Source: Terriglobales bacterium
GTDB taxonomy: Bacteria > Acidobacteriota > Terriglobia > Terriglobales > SCQP01
Assembly: GCA_050747905.1 (NCBI GenBank)
Contig: JBOGKQ010000003.1
Span: 60,801 to 124,800 of the forward strand
Length of the DNA stretch: 64,000 nt
Direction: 5' to 3'
The first letter of the stretch is position 1. Each line of letters starts with the position of its first letter. A model generated the notes under the pieces. The model searched no databases. It was not told where the DNA came from and saw only the letters and a list, made by a program, of their open reading frames with translations. Positions 49,236 through 59,218 of this stretch are shown here, in pieces. A program made the translations under genes and the position numbers.

Positions 49236-50585
49236 CTACCCTAAGGAAGACAACTCGGATTGCGTTTGGCTGAGCAGGGTGGGCATGTTTTGAATCGTCA
49301 CCGCGACCTGGCTGTAAACCTGCATGAGCTGGGCCTCCTGCGCATTTAGATTGGTCTGAAAGTCAGTTATCTGCTGATTGAGATCGTTGGTTTGCTGCTG
49401 GATGCCCTGCTGATCCAGGGCAACGAGGCCCTTGGAGGGATCGGTGAGGTTGAGCAGATCGTTGCTGAAGTTCTGGGCAAAACCGGCCGGGCTGACGGAC
49501 TGGAACAGGTTCTGCACCGCTCCATAGTTGGACGCCATGGACGCCGAAAGTGTCGCATTGTCGATCGTCAGTGTGCCGTCCTCGTTCATAGCAATGCCGA
49601 TTGAGGCCAGATTGGTCATGCCGCTGTTGCCGCTGATGGAGAAGGCGGCATCGCCGAGCAGATTCTGTTGAAGTTGCATCACCGTCTGATCGCTGCCCAG
49701 CGCACCGGTGCTCTGCGTCTGGGGATTGTAGGTGAACTGGGTGTCCAGGCTCTGGATCACAGTGTTGTAGGCGGTAACGAAGCTCTGGATGGCGGTGGTC
49801 GCCTGAGTGGTATCGGGAGCAATCGTCACCGTGGCCCCGGCGGCGCTGCTGACCCCTTGCAGGTCCAGCGTCACCCCCTGCAGCACGCCCGTCACCGCGT
49901 TGGACGCGCTGGCAAGGTTGATGCCGTCGAGGGTGAAATTGGCATTAGCTCCGCCCACAGCCTGAGTAAACGTCAGTCCGGTGGTGTTGTTGGAAATGGC
50001 GATCTGACCGGACGCGCCGCTCGTGTTGCTGATCAGACCGAGGCGCGAGCCGCTCGCATCCGTGATGACACTGGCGGTAACCCCGGCATTCGCGTTATTG
50101 ATCGCGGTTGCGAGGGTGCTGAGGGTGTCGTCGGTGGAATCCACGGTGAGGGAGGTGGGGGTGCCGGAGCCAACTTGAATATCCACGCTGCCGGTCGCAA
50201 AGGTGGTATTGCCGTCGGTCAAGGTGTTGGAGTACTGCGAGCTGGTAGTGGCAAGATTGGACACGACGACGGTGTGCGTGCCAGCGGTGGCGCCGCTGCC
50301 GGCGGTGGCGGTCACCACGCCCGTGTCGGAGCTGGTGGCCACCTGGGCATTGAGGGCACCCTGAAAGTCATTCAGCGCGAAGACGGCGGTTTGCAGCGCG
50401 TTGAGCTGGGTGCTGATGGTGCCGAGGGCGGTGGCCTGAGTGGAAAGCGTGGACACCTGCTGCTGCATCTGCTGCTCGGGCGCCGACTCGGAGGCGATGA
50501 TGGACTGCACGTACTGGCTGGCGCTGAAATTGCCAGCCGTGGTGGGATTGGTGATGCCGCTGAGCGCTGACGTGGGTGAAGCCAT
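49236..50585 (-). CDS. fliD: Filament cap protein
   Basis: ATSSDT, ANFTLDGI, FVTAYN, GTLTID. Confidence 0.9.
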   Translation of the reverse strand: MASPTSALSGITNPTTAGNFSASQYVQSIIASESAPEQQMQQQVSTLSTQATALGTISTQLNALQTAVFALNDFQGALNAQVATSSDTGVVTATAGSGATAGTHTVVVSNLATTSSQYSNTLTDGNTTFATGSVDIQVGSGTPTSLTVDSTDDTLSTLATAINNANAGVTASVITDASGSRLGLISNTSGASGQIAISNNTTGLTFTQAVGGANANFTLDGINLASASNAVTGVLQGVTLDLQGVSSAAGATVTIAPDTTQATTAIQSFVTAYNTVIQSLDTQFTYNPQTQSTGALGSDQTVMQLQQNLLGDAAFSISGNSGMTNLASIGIAMNEDGTLTIDNATLSASMASNYGAVQNLFQSVSPAGFAQNFSNDLLNLTDPSKGLVALDQQGIQQQTNDLNQQITDFQTNLNAQEAQLMQVYSQVAVTIQNMPTLLSQTQSELSSLG

Positions 50586-50732
50586 GCTTGCCTCCTGCTG
50601 AACGTGGCGGCGGCCGGTCGCTCTTCCCTACCCAGGAGAAAGTGCCACCGGCCTCCGTTGTGCGCGCGGCTTGGTTGAACCGCGGGCTTGTGCGGCCGCG
50701 TTGCCCCGAAAGCATCTCGGCCAAGGTTACGA

Positions 50733-51578
50733 TTACAGCAGTTTCAACACCAACTGCTGCTGCGAGTTCGCCTGCGCCAGGGACGAGATGCCGGTCTGCG
50801 CCAGGATGCTCTGTTGATTGAGATTGCCGATCACCTGAGGAATGTCGGCGTCCATGATGCCGCTCTCGGCCGAGGTCAGGTTTTGAATCTGCGTGCCGAC
50901 CACGTTGCTGGCCGCCTGCAGTTGGTTGATGGTGGCCCCCACCGCGCCGCGATTGCTGGCAACATTGGTGATGGCGCTATTGATGTCCGTCAGCGCCGTG
51001 ACAGCGTTGGCGGCACTGGTAAGGGAGTCGGCGGTCAAGCTGACGGTCGTCAGGCCTGATCCCGAGCCGCCTGCGATGTTACTGGCGCTTAGCACCCCCG
51101 CAGTCACGCCAATGGTGTAGTTGCTGCTGGCGTCGCTGAGGAAGATCGAGGTGGTGCCGGCGGTGAAGACGCTACCCCCGTTGAAGTTGGTGTTGCCGCC
51201 GATGTTATTGATTTCGTTCTTGATCGAGGTGAATTCGTCATCCAGCGCGTTCTGCTGAGTGGCGGTTTCGGTGCCGTTGGCGGCTTCAGTCGCCAAGGTG
51301 ACGGCGCGGTTGAGCAGGTTAGTGACCTGGCCGAGGGCGCCATCCACAACCTGCAGTTGGCCAATACCGTCGTTGACGTTCTGCGTGGTTTGGGTTAGGG
51401 CGGTGATGTTGGCTTGCAACCCGTTGGCGATAGCCAGACCCGCGGCGTCATCAGCACCGCTGTTGATGCGCTGACCAGTAGACAACTGGAACAGAGTCTT
51501 TTGCATATTCGCCTGGTTAGTAGTCAAGGCGTTCTGCGCGGCTAAAGCGGGAATATCACTCAAAATACTCAATGACAT
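50733..51578 (-). CDS. fliC: Flagellin (281 aa)
   Basis: LSTGQRINSGADDAAGLAIA; ESGIMDAD..SLAQAN. Confidence 0.95.
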   Translation of the reverse strand: MSLSILSDIPALAAQNALTTNQANMQKTLFQLSTGQRINSGADDAAGLAIANGLQANITALTQTTQNVNDGIGQLQVVDGALGQVTNLLNRAVTLATEAANGTETATQQNALDDEFTSIKNEINNIGGNTNFNGGSVFTAGTTSIFLSDASSNYTIGVTAGVLSASNIAGGSGSGLTTVSLTADSLTSAANAVTALTDINSAITNVASNRGAVGATINQLQAASNVVGTQIQNLTSAESGIMDADIPQVIGNLNQQSILAQTGISSLAQANSQQQLVLKLL

Positions 51579-51645
51579 GCGATACGCTCCTTTGGTGGTG
51601 GATTGCTCCCGGCTTTAGCCGACGCGGCTTCCGGAATTGTTCCAC

Positions 51646-52998
51646 TCATGCACTCCTATCGGCGTGTGCCGAGGTGGGCTTTAGCGACTGGCCCACCGCA
51701 TGCTGAAGCTCGCGCCACGCCTGGCGCAGGGCGGCGTCGGCGGGGAGCTGACGCAGGCCGCGGCGCAGCCACCATTGCGCGCTTTCGTGTTGTTGGGTTT
51801 GCACCAGCAAGGCGGCGAGGCGCAAATAGCCGTGGGGATCGGCGGGCCAGCGCTGCACGCGCTCTTCGAGCGCGGCGACGGCGGCGGGCCAATCCTCGAG
51901 CCACACCAAGGCGGTAATCAGGCGATCAAGATTTTCGGTGAGGTCGGGAGCGGCGGCGGCGGCGGCGCGCAGACGCGCCAGGCCGGGCTGGCGCCGACCG
52001 GCGCGCAGCTCGGCGAGGCCGCGTTTGCTGTCCAAGTCCGGCCGACGCGCCTGGAGTTCGGCACGGCGGTAGGTTTGCGCGGCCGCGGAGAACTGGCCAA
52101 GCTGGTACTGGGCATCGGCGGACAATTCGTCCAATTGCGGCGCGCTGCTGCCACGAGCACGGGCTTGGTCGAAAAAGCCCAGCGCCTCTTGCGGATGGCC
52201 CAACCGGGCGAGACAGGCTCCGGCAAAAAACCAGGCTGGGGCAAAGCCGGGCTGTAGGCGCAGGGCGCGCTCGAAGCAGCGAAGCGCCTCGCCATCATTA
52301 TGAAAATTGTCGTATTCCACCACCCCCAACTCGAAATGCGCCTGGGGATCATTGGGGAGCTCGGCACGCTTGCGGCGCCCGAGCTCGCGGTAGAGATGAT
52401 TCTTGGCGGCGATGACGGCCGGTGGCTTGACCATGCCGAAATGATGGATGCGGCCCGCCGCCTCCCCCAGCCGGAGTCCCGCCGGCGCCACCCGCGCACC
52501 CACGCTTTCATGAACCCGGCCGAGGAAGTAGAGTTCCGGATGACGGCGGAACAGCCGCACATTCTGGTGCTCGATAAAGCCGGGATAGGCCTTGGCCTGG
52601 GGCCAGGCACCGTCGTTGGGGCGAGCGGGGCGGTCCCAGATGTACGCCTCGAGCGAGTTGACATAGTTGCGGATGGTAACCTGAAAGGCATCGGCGCTGC
52701 CTGCCATTTGCGCCTGCCAGCGGCGGCGGGGACAGGGCTCGAGGCACTCGTCCGCGTCCAGCACCAGAATCCAGTCGCTGCGCATGGCCGCAAGCGCACG
52801 GTTGCGGGCGGCGGCGAAATCGTTCTCCCAGGAAATGTCCAGTACCCGCGCGCCCAGAGCGCGGGCACAGGCGCGGGTGGCGTCGTGCGAACCGGTGTCC
52901 GCCACCACGATTTCATCCACCCAGCCGCGTACGCTGGCCAGGCAGGCGGGCAAATCCGCCTCGGCGTCGCGTACGATCATGGAAAGGCCCAGGGTCAT
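51646..52998 (-). CDS. GT2 glycosyltransferase with TPR repeats (probable flagellin glycosyltransferase)
   Basis: MIVRDAE, DTGSHD, DFAAARN, LDADE; TPR C-terminus. Confidence 0.85.
   Translation of the reverse strand: MTLGLSMIVRDAEADLPACLASVRGWVDEIVVADTGSHDATRACARALGARVLDISWENDFAAARNRALAAMRSDWILVLDADECLEPCPRRRWQAQMAGSADAFQVTIRNYVNSLEAYIWDRPARPNDGAWPQAKAYPGFIEHQNVRLFRRHPELYFLGRVHESVGARVAPAGLRLGEAAGRIHHFGMVKPPAVIAAKNHLYRELGRRKRAELPNDPQAHFELGVVEYDNFHNDGEALRCFERALRLQPGFAPAWFFAGACLARLGHPQEALGFFDQARARGSSAPQLDELSADAQYQLGQFSAAAQTYRRAELQARRPDLDSKRGLAELRAGRRQPGLARLRAAAAAAPDLTENLDRLITALVWLEDWPAAVAALEERVQRWPADPHGYLRLAALLVQTQQHESAQWWLRRGLRQLPADAALRQAWRELQHAVGQSLKPTSAHADRSA
51656..51683 (-). promoter_or_regulatory. 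Sigma28 promoter for fliC inside the glycosyltransferase 3' end
   Basis: TAAA-N16-GCCGATAG. Confidence 0.7.
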
Positions 52999-53080
52999 CA
53001 AAGATCGCACTTGCACCTGAAGGGCCGCCGTCCGCGGCATGGCGGATTGGAAATCTCTTAGATTCCGCGGCGAAATGGCT

Positions 53081-53107
53081 TCAAGTCCACTAGGCGGAAG
53101 CCGATAA
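53081..53107 (+). promoter_or_regulatory. Sigma28 promoter for flbD-motAB
   Basis: TCAA-N15-GCCGATAA. Confidence 0.7.
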
Positions 53108-53124
53108 GCGAGGGGAAGACCGCC

Positions 53125-53364
53125 ATGATTCCCCTCACGCGCCTGAACCACCAAGAACTGATCCTGAATGCCGACCTGATCAAGTGTATTGAACAGCCGC
53201 ACGACACGGTGATCACGCTGATCAACGGCGAAAAGCTGACGGTGGAAGAGACGCCGGCGGAAATCCTGCGCCGCGTCCGGGAGTACCGGCGTGGGTACGG
53301 GCGGGAAGGCGGTCCGCGGCCGGTAATCATTCTGCCCGAGCGCAGGGAGGGGCATGGATCGTAG
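53125..53364 (+). CDS. flbD: FlbD family protein
   Basis: MIPLTRLN..LNADLIK.IE..DTVITL.NG. Confidence 0.9.
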   Translation: MIPLTRLNHQELILNADLIKCIEQPHDTVITLINGEKLTVEETPAEILRRVREYRRGYGREGGPRPVIILPERREGHGS

Positions 53365-54190
53365 CAGCGCCATCGGCGTTTGCGTCGCCGCCGGGGGCAT
53401 TCTTGCCGGCCTGATGATTGACGGCGGCAACATTGGCCAGATCCTGCAGCCGACCGCGGCGCTGATCGTGTTTGGGGGCACGATTGGAGCGGTGATGCTG
53501 CAGTTTCCGATGGACGTCGTGGTGCGCGCCGCCAAAAACGTGAAAAAGGCGTTCCTCTATGAGGAGCCGGATATCCCTGCGCTGATCGAACGCATAGTGG
53601 GGTTTGCGCACAAGGCGCGCAAGGAAGGCATCGTGTCTCTGGACAAGGATCTGGATGCCATTCCCGAGCCATTTCTACGCAAGACACTGATGTTGGCGGT
53701 AGACGGGACGCAGCCAGCGGAGCTGCGCGACAACATGGAGCTGGCGCTGGGCAATCAGTCGGAAGCCGAGGAGCGCTGCGTTCAGGTGTTCGACGCTGCC
53801 GGCGGTTACGCCCCCACGGTTGGCATTATTGGCGCCATCCTGGGGCTGATTCAGGTCATGCAAAAGCTGAACAATATCGACGAGGTGGGGCGCGGGATCG
53901 CCGTGGCGTTTGTAGCCACTGTGTACGGGGTGGCGAGCGCAAACTTGTGCTTCCTGCCGATCGCCGGCAAACTGCGGGTCCGGCGGCGGCAGGAAGACCT
54001 CATGCGGGAGATTATGCTGGAAGGCGTGATTGGCATCCTGGAAGGCATGAACCCGCGCATGCTGCAGACCAAGCTGCGCGGCTATCTGGAGGATCAGCCG
54101 GCGGGGGGCAAGGCGAAGGAAGCGGCGGCAGCGGACAACGACGCTGAGGCGCCTCCGGCCCCGGCACGCGCCGGCTCAGGTGCGTCATGA
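53354..54190 (+). CDS. motA: Stator protein MotA
   Basis: APTVGIIGAILGLI, AFVATVYG. Confidence 0.93.
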   Translation: MDRSSAIGVCVAAGGILAGLMIDGGNIGQILQPTAALIVFGGTIGAVMLQFPMDVVVRAAKNVKKAFLYEEPDIPALIERIVGFAHKARKEGIVSLDKDLDAIPEPFLRKTLMLAVDGTQPAELRDNMELALGNQSEAEERCVQVFDAAGGYAPTVGIIGAILGLIQVMQKLNNIDEVGRGIAVAFVATVYGVASANLCFLPIAGKLRVRRRQEDLMREIMLEGVIGILEGMNPRMLQTKLRGYLEDQPAGGKAKEAAAADNDAEAPPAPARAGSGAS

Positions 54191-54936
54191 ACCGCCGCAA
54201 TCGCCGCACGTCCGACCATCCCCACATCAATCATGAGCGCTGGCTGGTCTCGTACGCGGACTTCATTACCCTGCTGTTTGCGTTTTTCGTGGTGATGTAT
54301 GCTGCCTCGCGCGGCGACCGGACCAAGGTCCTAAAGCTGGCGCAGGCGATCCAGACCGCGTTCAGCCAAATGGGAATTTTCACGCCCCACGCGGCGCAAC
54401 TGGAGATGGTGCCTGCGCCGCCGGCGGCGGTCAATGCGCCGACCATGGCCATGCCCAATCCCCTGATGGCGCTGCGGGACAAATTGCATTCCGAATTGAA
54501 GCAGGAGATTCAGCGCCAGGCGGTGTCGCTGCACCTGACGCCGCAGGGGCTGGTCGTGCGGATGGAGGAGCTGGGATTTTTTGACAGCGGATCGGACCAG
54601 ATCCGGCCGGAGGCGATGGCCGTGCTGGCGCGCATTGCGGCTTCGGTGGCCCCGTTGTCCAACTCCCTTCGTATTGAGGGCTACACCGACGACGTGCCCA
54701 TCCACAACGCGCAGTTCGCCTCCAATTGGCAGCTTTCCACGGCGCGCGCCACTGAGCTCGTGCAGGTCTTCATCAACGACTTCCACGTTGACCCCGCACG
54801 CCTGGCGGCTGCCGGCTATGCCCAGTATCATCCCATCGCCAGCAACGCCACACCCCAGGGGCGGCAAATGAACCGGCGGGTGGATCTGGTGGTAGTAGCA
54901 CAGAAACCGCCCCCCGGCCCGCCCCCACCCAACTGA
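54187..54936 (+). CDS. motB: Stator protein MotB
   Basis: WLVSYADFITLLFAFF, NWQLSTARA, NRRVD. Confidence 0.93.
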   Translation: MNRRNRRTSDHPHINHERWLVSYADFITLLFAFFVVMYAASRGDRTKVLKLAQAIQTAFSQMGIFTPHAAQLEMVPAPPAAVNAPTMAMPNPLMALRDKLHSELKQEIQRQAVSLHLTPQGLVVRMEELGFFDSGSDQIRPEAMAVLARIAASVAPLSNSLRIEGYTDDVPIHNAQFASNWQLSTARATELVQVFINDFHVDPARLAAAGYAQYHPIASNATPQGRQMNRRVDLVVVAQKPPPGPPPPN

Positions 54937-54939
54937 AGC

Positions 54940-54960
54940 GGCACGGATGCAGGCCGTGCC
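54940..54960 (+). terminator. GC hairpin after motB
   Basis: GGCACGG-N7-CCGTGCC, no U-tract. Confidence 0.4.
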
Positions 54961-55061
54961 CCACCCAGCGAGTCCATAGAGTGACTTGAACGTTACTTGC
55001 ACGCCGCGGCGCGCCTGCGCTAGGCTGACTTACGGTTGTCAGTCTGGCTGCATGTGCGCCT

Positions 55062-55751
55062 ATGAGAATCCTCATCGCCGAAGATGACGCCTCCCTGGCG
55101 AAGTTCCTACGCAAGGGCCTGGAAACGGAACACTACGCCGTGGACTGCATGGGCGACGGGCTGGAAGCGGAGGCGCTGGCCCAGGGAACCGATTTTGATC
55201 TCGTTCTGCTGGACGTGAACCTGCCGGGCCGCAACGGCTTCGATGTGCTGCGCAACCTGCGGCAGCGCAAACCCTCTCTGCCCGTACTGCTGCTGACGGC
55301 GCAGGGAAAAGTCGAGGACCGGGTGCGTGGCCTCGATCTGGGGGCGGATGATTACATCGTCAAGCCGTTTGCGTTTTCCGAGCTGTGCGCGCGCATCCGG
55401 GCGCTGTTGCGGCGGGGTCAGCGCACCAGCGACGCCACCCTCAAAGTGGACACGCTGGAATTGAACCGCATGGAGCGCAGCGTGCAGCGCGCAGGCAAAC
55501 CCATCGAACTCACCCCCAAGGAATTTGCGCTGCTGGAATACCTGATGCTCAACCGTAGCCGGCGGGTGACGCGGGCGATGATCATCGAGCACGTCTGGAA
55601 TCTGAACTTCGACAGCTCCACCAATGTAGTGGATGTGTACATCAATTATCTGCGCGCCAAAGTCGACGGCGGCTTTGAACCCAAGCTGATCAAGACGGTG
55701 CGCGGCGTCGGCTACCAGATGGGCGCGGCGCCGGGAGCCGAGGCGGAATGA
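55062..55751 (+). CDS. OmpR-family response regulator
   Basis: AEDD, LDVNLP, GADDYIVKPF, winged helix YINYLRAK. Confidence 0.92.
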   Translation: MRILIAEDDASLAKFLRKGLETEHYAVDCMGDGLEAEALAQGTDFDLVLLDVNLPGRNGFDVLRNLRQRKPSLPVLLLTAQGKVEDRVRGLDLGADDYIVKPFAFSELCARIRALLRRGQRTSDATLKVDTLELNRMERSVQRAGKPIELTPKEFALLEYLMLNRSRRVTRAMIIEHVWNLNFDSSTNVVDVYINYLRAKVDGGFEPKLIKTVRGVGYQMGAAPGAEAE

Positions 55752-55969
55752 GCGCTGGCGCCGAGCCGGTTACCGTCCGGCAACTCTGTCACGACCTGAG
55801 CCAGCCGTTGATGGCGGCGCACGGCAGCCTCGAAGTGGCGCTGCAGCTCGCGCCCCAAGACCCTGCGCGGACGGAATTTTTGCGCGACGCGCTGGCGGCG
55901 CTGGAGCGTATGACCGCTGAGATCGAGCGTGCCCGCAACGCCGTACTTCCCGCAGCGGGTGCCCCTTAG
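55748..55969 (+). CDS. 73-aa HisKA-only protein
   Basis: LCHDLSQPL H-box, no ATPase domain; ATGA overlap. Confidence 0.7.
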   Translation: MSAGAEPVTVRQLCHDLSQPLMAAHGSLEVALQLAPQDPARTEFLRDALAALERMTAEIERARNAVLPAAGAP

Positions 55970-56859
55970 GGTCCGGAGTCGAAATCCCGTGCGGCCCGCG
56001 CCAGCTCAGCGAAGGCGCGGGCGGCGTGCGCGAGCTGGCGCTGGCGCGGCCGCAGGAGCCGCAAGGGCCGTTCTACCCTGAACTGACGGATAGCGATCTC
56101 GCGCAAGGTGCCGGCGGCCAGCTCCTGCGCCACAGAAATGCGCGGCACAAACGCCACCCCCAACCCGCGCGTCACCAGGTATTTGATGCTCTCGATGGTG
56201 GGCATTTCCAGCGCAATGTTGAGCGGTACGCGCCAGCGCTGAAACGTAGCCACCGTGAAATCACGGTAGGGTGATTCCACATTGTGGGCGATGAAGGACT
56301 CCGCGCCCAGCCGGCGCAAGTCGATGGGCCGCCGCGCCGCCGCCAGCGGGTGGGCCGGATATACGATGAACGCCAGGCCGTCGCGAAACACCACCTCGGC
56401 GTGCAGCTCGCGCAGGCCGGGATCGTAGGCCACCACCCCCAGATCGAGCAGACCGGCGAGCACCGCGGCGGGGATGTCGCGCGACAAGCTGCGCCGCACC
56501 TCGATTTTGACTTGTGGCCAGCGGGCATGAAACGCGGTCACTACCGGCAGCAGAAAAAATGCCGTGCTTTCGTTCGCCCCGACGCTGACTTTGCCGCGAT
56601 GCAGGCCGCGCAGTTCCGCCAGTTCGTGCTGCAGGCGTGAGCGCTGGCGCAGCATGTGCTCGGCGCTGGCGGTGACCAGCGCGCCGGCGGGCGTGAGGCG
56701 ACGGCTGGCGCGGTCGAGCAGGGTCTCGCCGCAGTCGCCCTCGAGGCGGCGCACGGCGAGGGAGATGGCGGGCTGAGTGCGGTGCAGCTTCTCCGCAGCC
56801 CGCGAAAAGCTGTGCTCGCGCGCCACCGTGAGCAGGGTCTCGAGATCCGCCAAGTTCAT
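55966..56859 (-). CDS. LysR-family regulator
   Basis: SFSRAAEKLHRTQPAIS HTH. Confidence 0.92.
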   Translation of the reverse strand: MNLADLETLLTVAREHSFSRAAEKLHRTQPAISLAVRRLEGDCGETLLDRASRRLTPAGALVTASAEHMLRQRSRLQHELAELRGLHRGKVSVGANESTAFFLLPVVTAFHARWPQVKIEVRRSLSRDIPAAVLAGLLDLGVVAYDPGLRELHAEVVFRDGLAFIVYPAHPLAAARRPIDLRRLGAESFIAHNVESPYRDFTVATFQRWRVPLNIALEMPTIESIKYLVTRGLGVAFVPRISVAQELAAGTLREIAIRQFRVERPLRLLRPRQRQLAHAARAFAELARAARDFDSGP

Positions 56860-56864
56860 CCATC

Positions 56865-56881
56865 CATAATATTGCCTTATG
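56865..56881. promoter_or_regulatory. LysR-type T-N11-A inverted repeat between divergent lysR and leuA
   Basis: CATAA-N7-TTATG. Confidence 0.65.
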
Positions 56882-56936
56882 AGGCCACAAGTATTATGAA
56901 TTGGACTTACATTCCGCACCCTGCCCAAACTCGAAC

Positions 56937-58154
56937 ATGGCCGACACCATCCGTATTTTTGACACCACGCTGCGCGACGGCGAGCAGGCTCCGGGCTTCA
57001 GCATGACTCCCGAGGAGAAGCTGGACCTGGCGCGGCAACTGGAGGCGCTGGGGGTGGATGTCATCGAAGCCGGCTTCCCCATCGCTAGCGACGGCGACTT
57101 CGCCGGGGTGGAGAGGGTGGCCCAAGCCTGCCGCGCGGTGACGGTGGCAGCGCTGGCGCGGACGCTGGCAGCGGACGTGCGCCGTGCCGCCCATGCGCTC
57201 GCGGCCGCCGCCCGGCCGCGCCTGCACCTGTTTCTGGCCACCAGCGATATCCATCTGGAGCAGAAGCTGCGCAAGACCCGCGCCCAGGCGTTGGAGGACA
57301 CGCGCAGCATGGTGGCGCTGGCCCGCACCTACACCGCCGACGTCGAATTTTCCGCCGAGGATGCCACGCGCAGCGACCGCGCCTTTCTGGCATCGGTGTG
57401 CGCCACGGCCATTGCTGCCGGTGCCTCGACCCTTAACATTCCCGACACCGTTGGCTACACCGTGCCGGGCGATTATGCCGCCCTGATCGGTTGGCTGCGC
57501 GCGCACGTGGAGGGCGCCGATACCGTAGTCTGGAGCGTGCACTGCCACAACGATCTCGGCCTGGCCGTCGCCAACTCGCTGGCGGCACTGAGCGCGGGCG
57601 CGCGCCAGGTCGAATGCACGCTCAACGGCATCGGGGAGCGCGCCGGCAATGCCGCACTCGAGGAAATTGCCATGGCGCTCTACGTCCGCGGCGATGCCCT
57701 GCCGTTCGCCACCGGACTGCGCTTGGACCAACTGCACCCGGCCAGCGCGCTGCTGAGCCGCATTACCGGCGTGCCCGTACAGCCCAACAAGGCGATTGTC
57801 GGCGCCAACGCGTTTGCCCACGAGGCCGGCATCCATCAGGACGGCATGCTGAAGTCGCCGCTCACCTACGCCATCATGAAGCCGGAAACAGTGGGCCGGC
57901 GCGGCCACGAGCTGGTGCTGGGCAGGCACAGCGGCCGGCATGCACTGGCCGAACGCCTGCAGCGATTAGGCTACGCCCTCGACCGCGAGCGCCTCAACCT
58001 CGCCTACGCCGAATTTCTGGCTCTCGCCGACCGTCGCAAACATATCGGCGAGGGTGACCTGCACCGGATTGGGCGCGGTGCGGGGGCGGCAGGCGCAGCG
58101 CCGGGTTGGCGCGCACCGGGCTCGCCGGCGCCCAGCAACGAGCTGGCCTCGTGA
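56937..58154 (+). CDS. leuA: 2-isopropylmalate synthase, short form without regulatory domain
   Basis: [32 protein letters not shown]; 405 aa. Confidence 0.85.
   Translation: MADTIRIFDTTLRDGEQAPGFSMTPEEKLDLARQLEALGVDVIEAGFPIASDGDFAGVERVAQACRAVTVAALARTLAADVRRAAHALAAAARPRLHLFLATSDIHLEQKLRKTRAQALEDTRSMVALARTYTADVEFSAEDATRSDRAFLASVCATAIAAGASTLNIPDTVGYTVPGDYAALIGWLRAHVEGADTVVWSVHCHNDLGLAVANSLAALSAGARQVECTLNGIGERAGNAALEEIAMALYVRGDALPFATGLRLDQLHPASALLSRITGVPVQPNKAIVGANAFAHEAGIHQDGMLKSPLTYAIMKPETVGRRGHELVLGRHSGRHALAERLQRLGYALDRERLNLAYAEFLALADRRKHIGEGDLHRIGRGAGAAGAAPGWRAPGSPAPSNELAS
58091..58131 (+). repeat. Diverged fragment (H) of the element hairpin inside the leuA 3' end
   Basis: AGGCGCAGCGCCGGGTTGG..CCGGCGC vs AGGCGCAGCGTCGGGTTGG..CCGACGC. 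Confidence 0.5.
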
Positions 58155-59218
58155 GCGGCCGCAGGCTTGCTGTCGTCTGCCTGCCCGGCGATGGCATCGG
58201 TCCGGAGGTGGTGGAGGCGGCCTGCGCCGTCGTTGCCGCCGCGGGGCGGCACTGCGGCTTCAGCGTGCAGCGCGAAGTCCATTTGATCGGCGGCGCGGCG
58301 GTGCGGGCCACCGGTGATCCGCTGCCGCCGGCTACGCGTGCCGCAGTGACCGGCGCGGGCGCGGTGTTGCTGGGCGCGGTGGGCGACCCTACGTTCGACG
58401 GCGAGCCCCCGGCGCGCAAACCCGAGACCGGGCTGCTGGCGCTGCGCAAGCTGCTGGGTTGCTGGGCGAATCTGCGCCCGGTGCGCCGCCTGGCGGGTGC
58501 GGGCACGACGCCACTGCGCGAGGAGATCGCGGTGGGGACGGACCTGGTGGTGGTGCGGGAGCTCACCGGCGGTCTGTATTTTGGCGAGCCGCGCGGGTTT
58601 GCGCCCGATGGGCGGGCGGCCCACAACACCATGCGCTACAGCACGCCTGAAATCGAACGGCTGGCGCGGTTTGCCTTTACGCTCGCGCGCCGGCGCCGCG
58701 GCCGCGTGACCAGCGTGGACAAAGCCAACGTGCTCGAGGTGAGCCAGCTCTGGCGCAGGGTGGTGACGGGCGTGGCGGCGGAATTTTCGGACGTGCACGT
58801 GGAGCATCTCTACGTGGACAACGCGGCGATGCAGCTGCTGCTGCGCCCGTCGAGCTTCGATGTGATTCTGACCGGCAACCTTTTTGGCGATATTCTCAGC
58901 GACGAAGCGGCGGTGCTGGCGGGTTCGCTGGGTCTGCTGCCCTCGGCCTCGCTGGGCGGCGCGGTGGGACTGTATGAGCCGGTGCACGGCTCGGCGCCCG
59001 ATTTGGCCGGCAACAATGTTGCGAACCCGGCGGGGGCGATATTATCGGCGGCGCTGATGCTGCGGCACTCGTATCAGCTCGAATCCGCCGCCACGGCCAT
59101 CGAAGCTGCCGTGGAGCAGGCGCTGGGGCAAGGTCCGCCGCCCCGCGATCTGGCTGCGCCGGGCGCGCCGTTTGCGCTAACCACAGAATTCACGGCCCGG
59201 GTGATCAGCGGCCTATGA
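58151..59218 (+). CDS. leuB: 3-isopropylmalate dehydrogenase
   Basis: PGDGIGPEV, NLRP, VRELTGGLYFG, VDKANVL, EPVHGSAPD. Confidence 0.92.
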   Translation: MSGRRLAVVCLPGDGIGPEVVEAACAVVAAAGRHCGFSVQREVHLIGGAAVRATGDPLPPATRAAVTGAGAVLLGAVGDPTFDGEPPARKPETGLLALRKLLGCWANLRPVRRLAGAGTTPLREEIAVGTDLVVVRELTGGLYFGEPRGFAPDGRAAHNTMRYSTPEIERLARFAFTLARRRRGRVTSVDKANVLEVSQLWRRVVTGVAAEFSDVHVEHLYVDNAAMQLLLRPSSFDVILTGNLFGDILSDEAAVLAGSLGLLPSASLGGAVGLYEPVHGSAPDLAGNNVANPAGAILSAALMLRHSYQLESAATAIEAAVEQALGQGPPPRDLAAPGAPFALTTEFTARVISGL

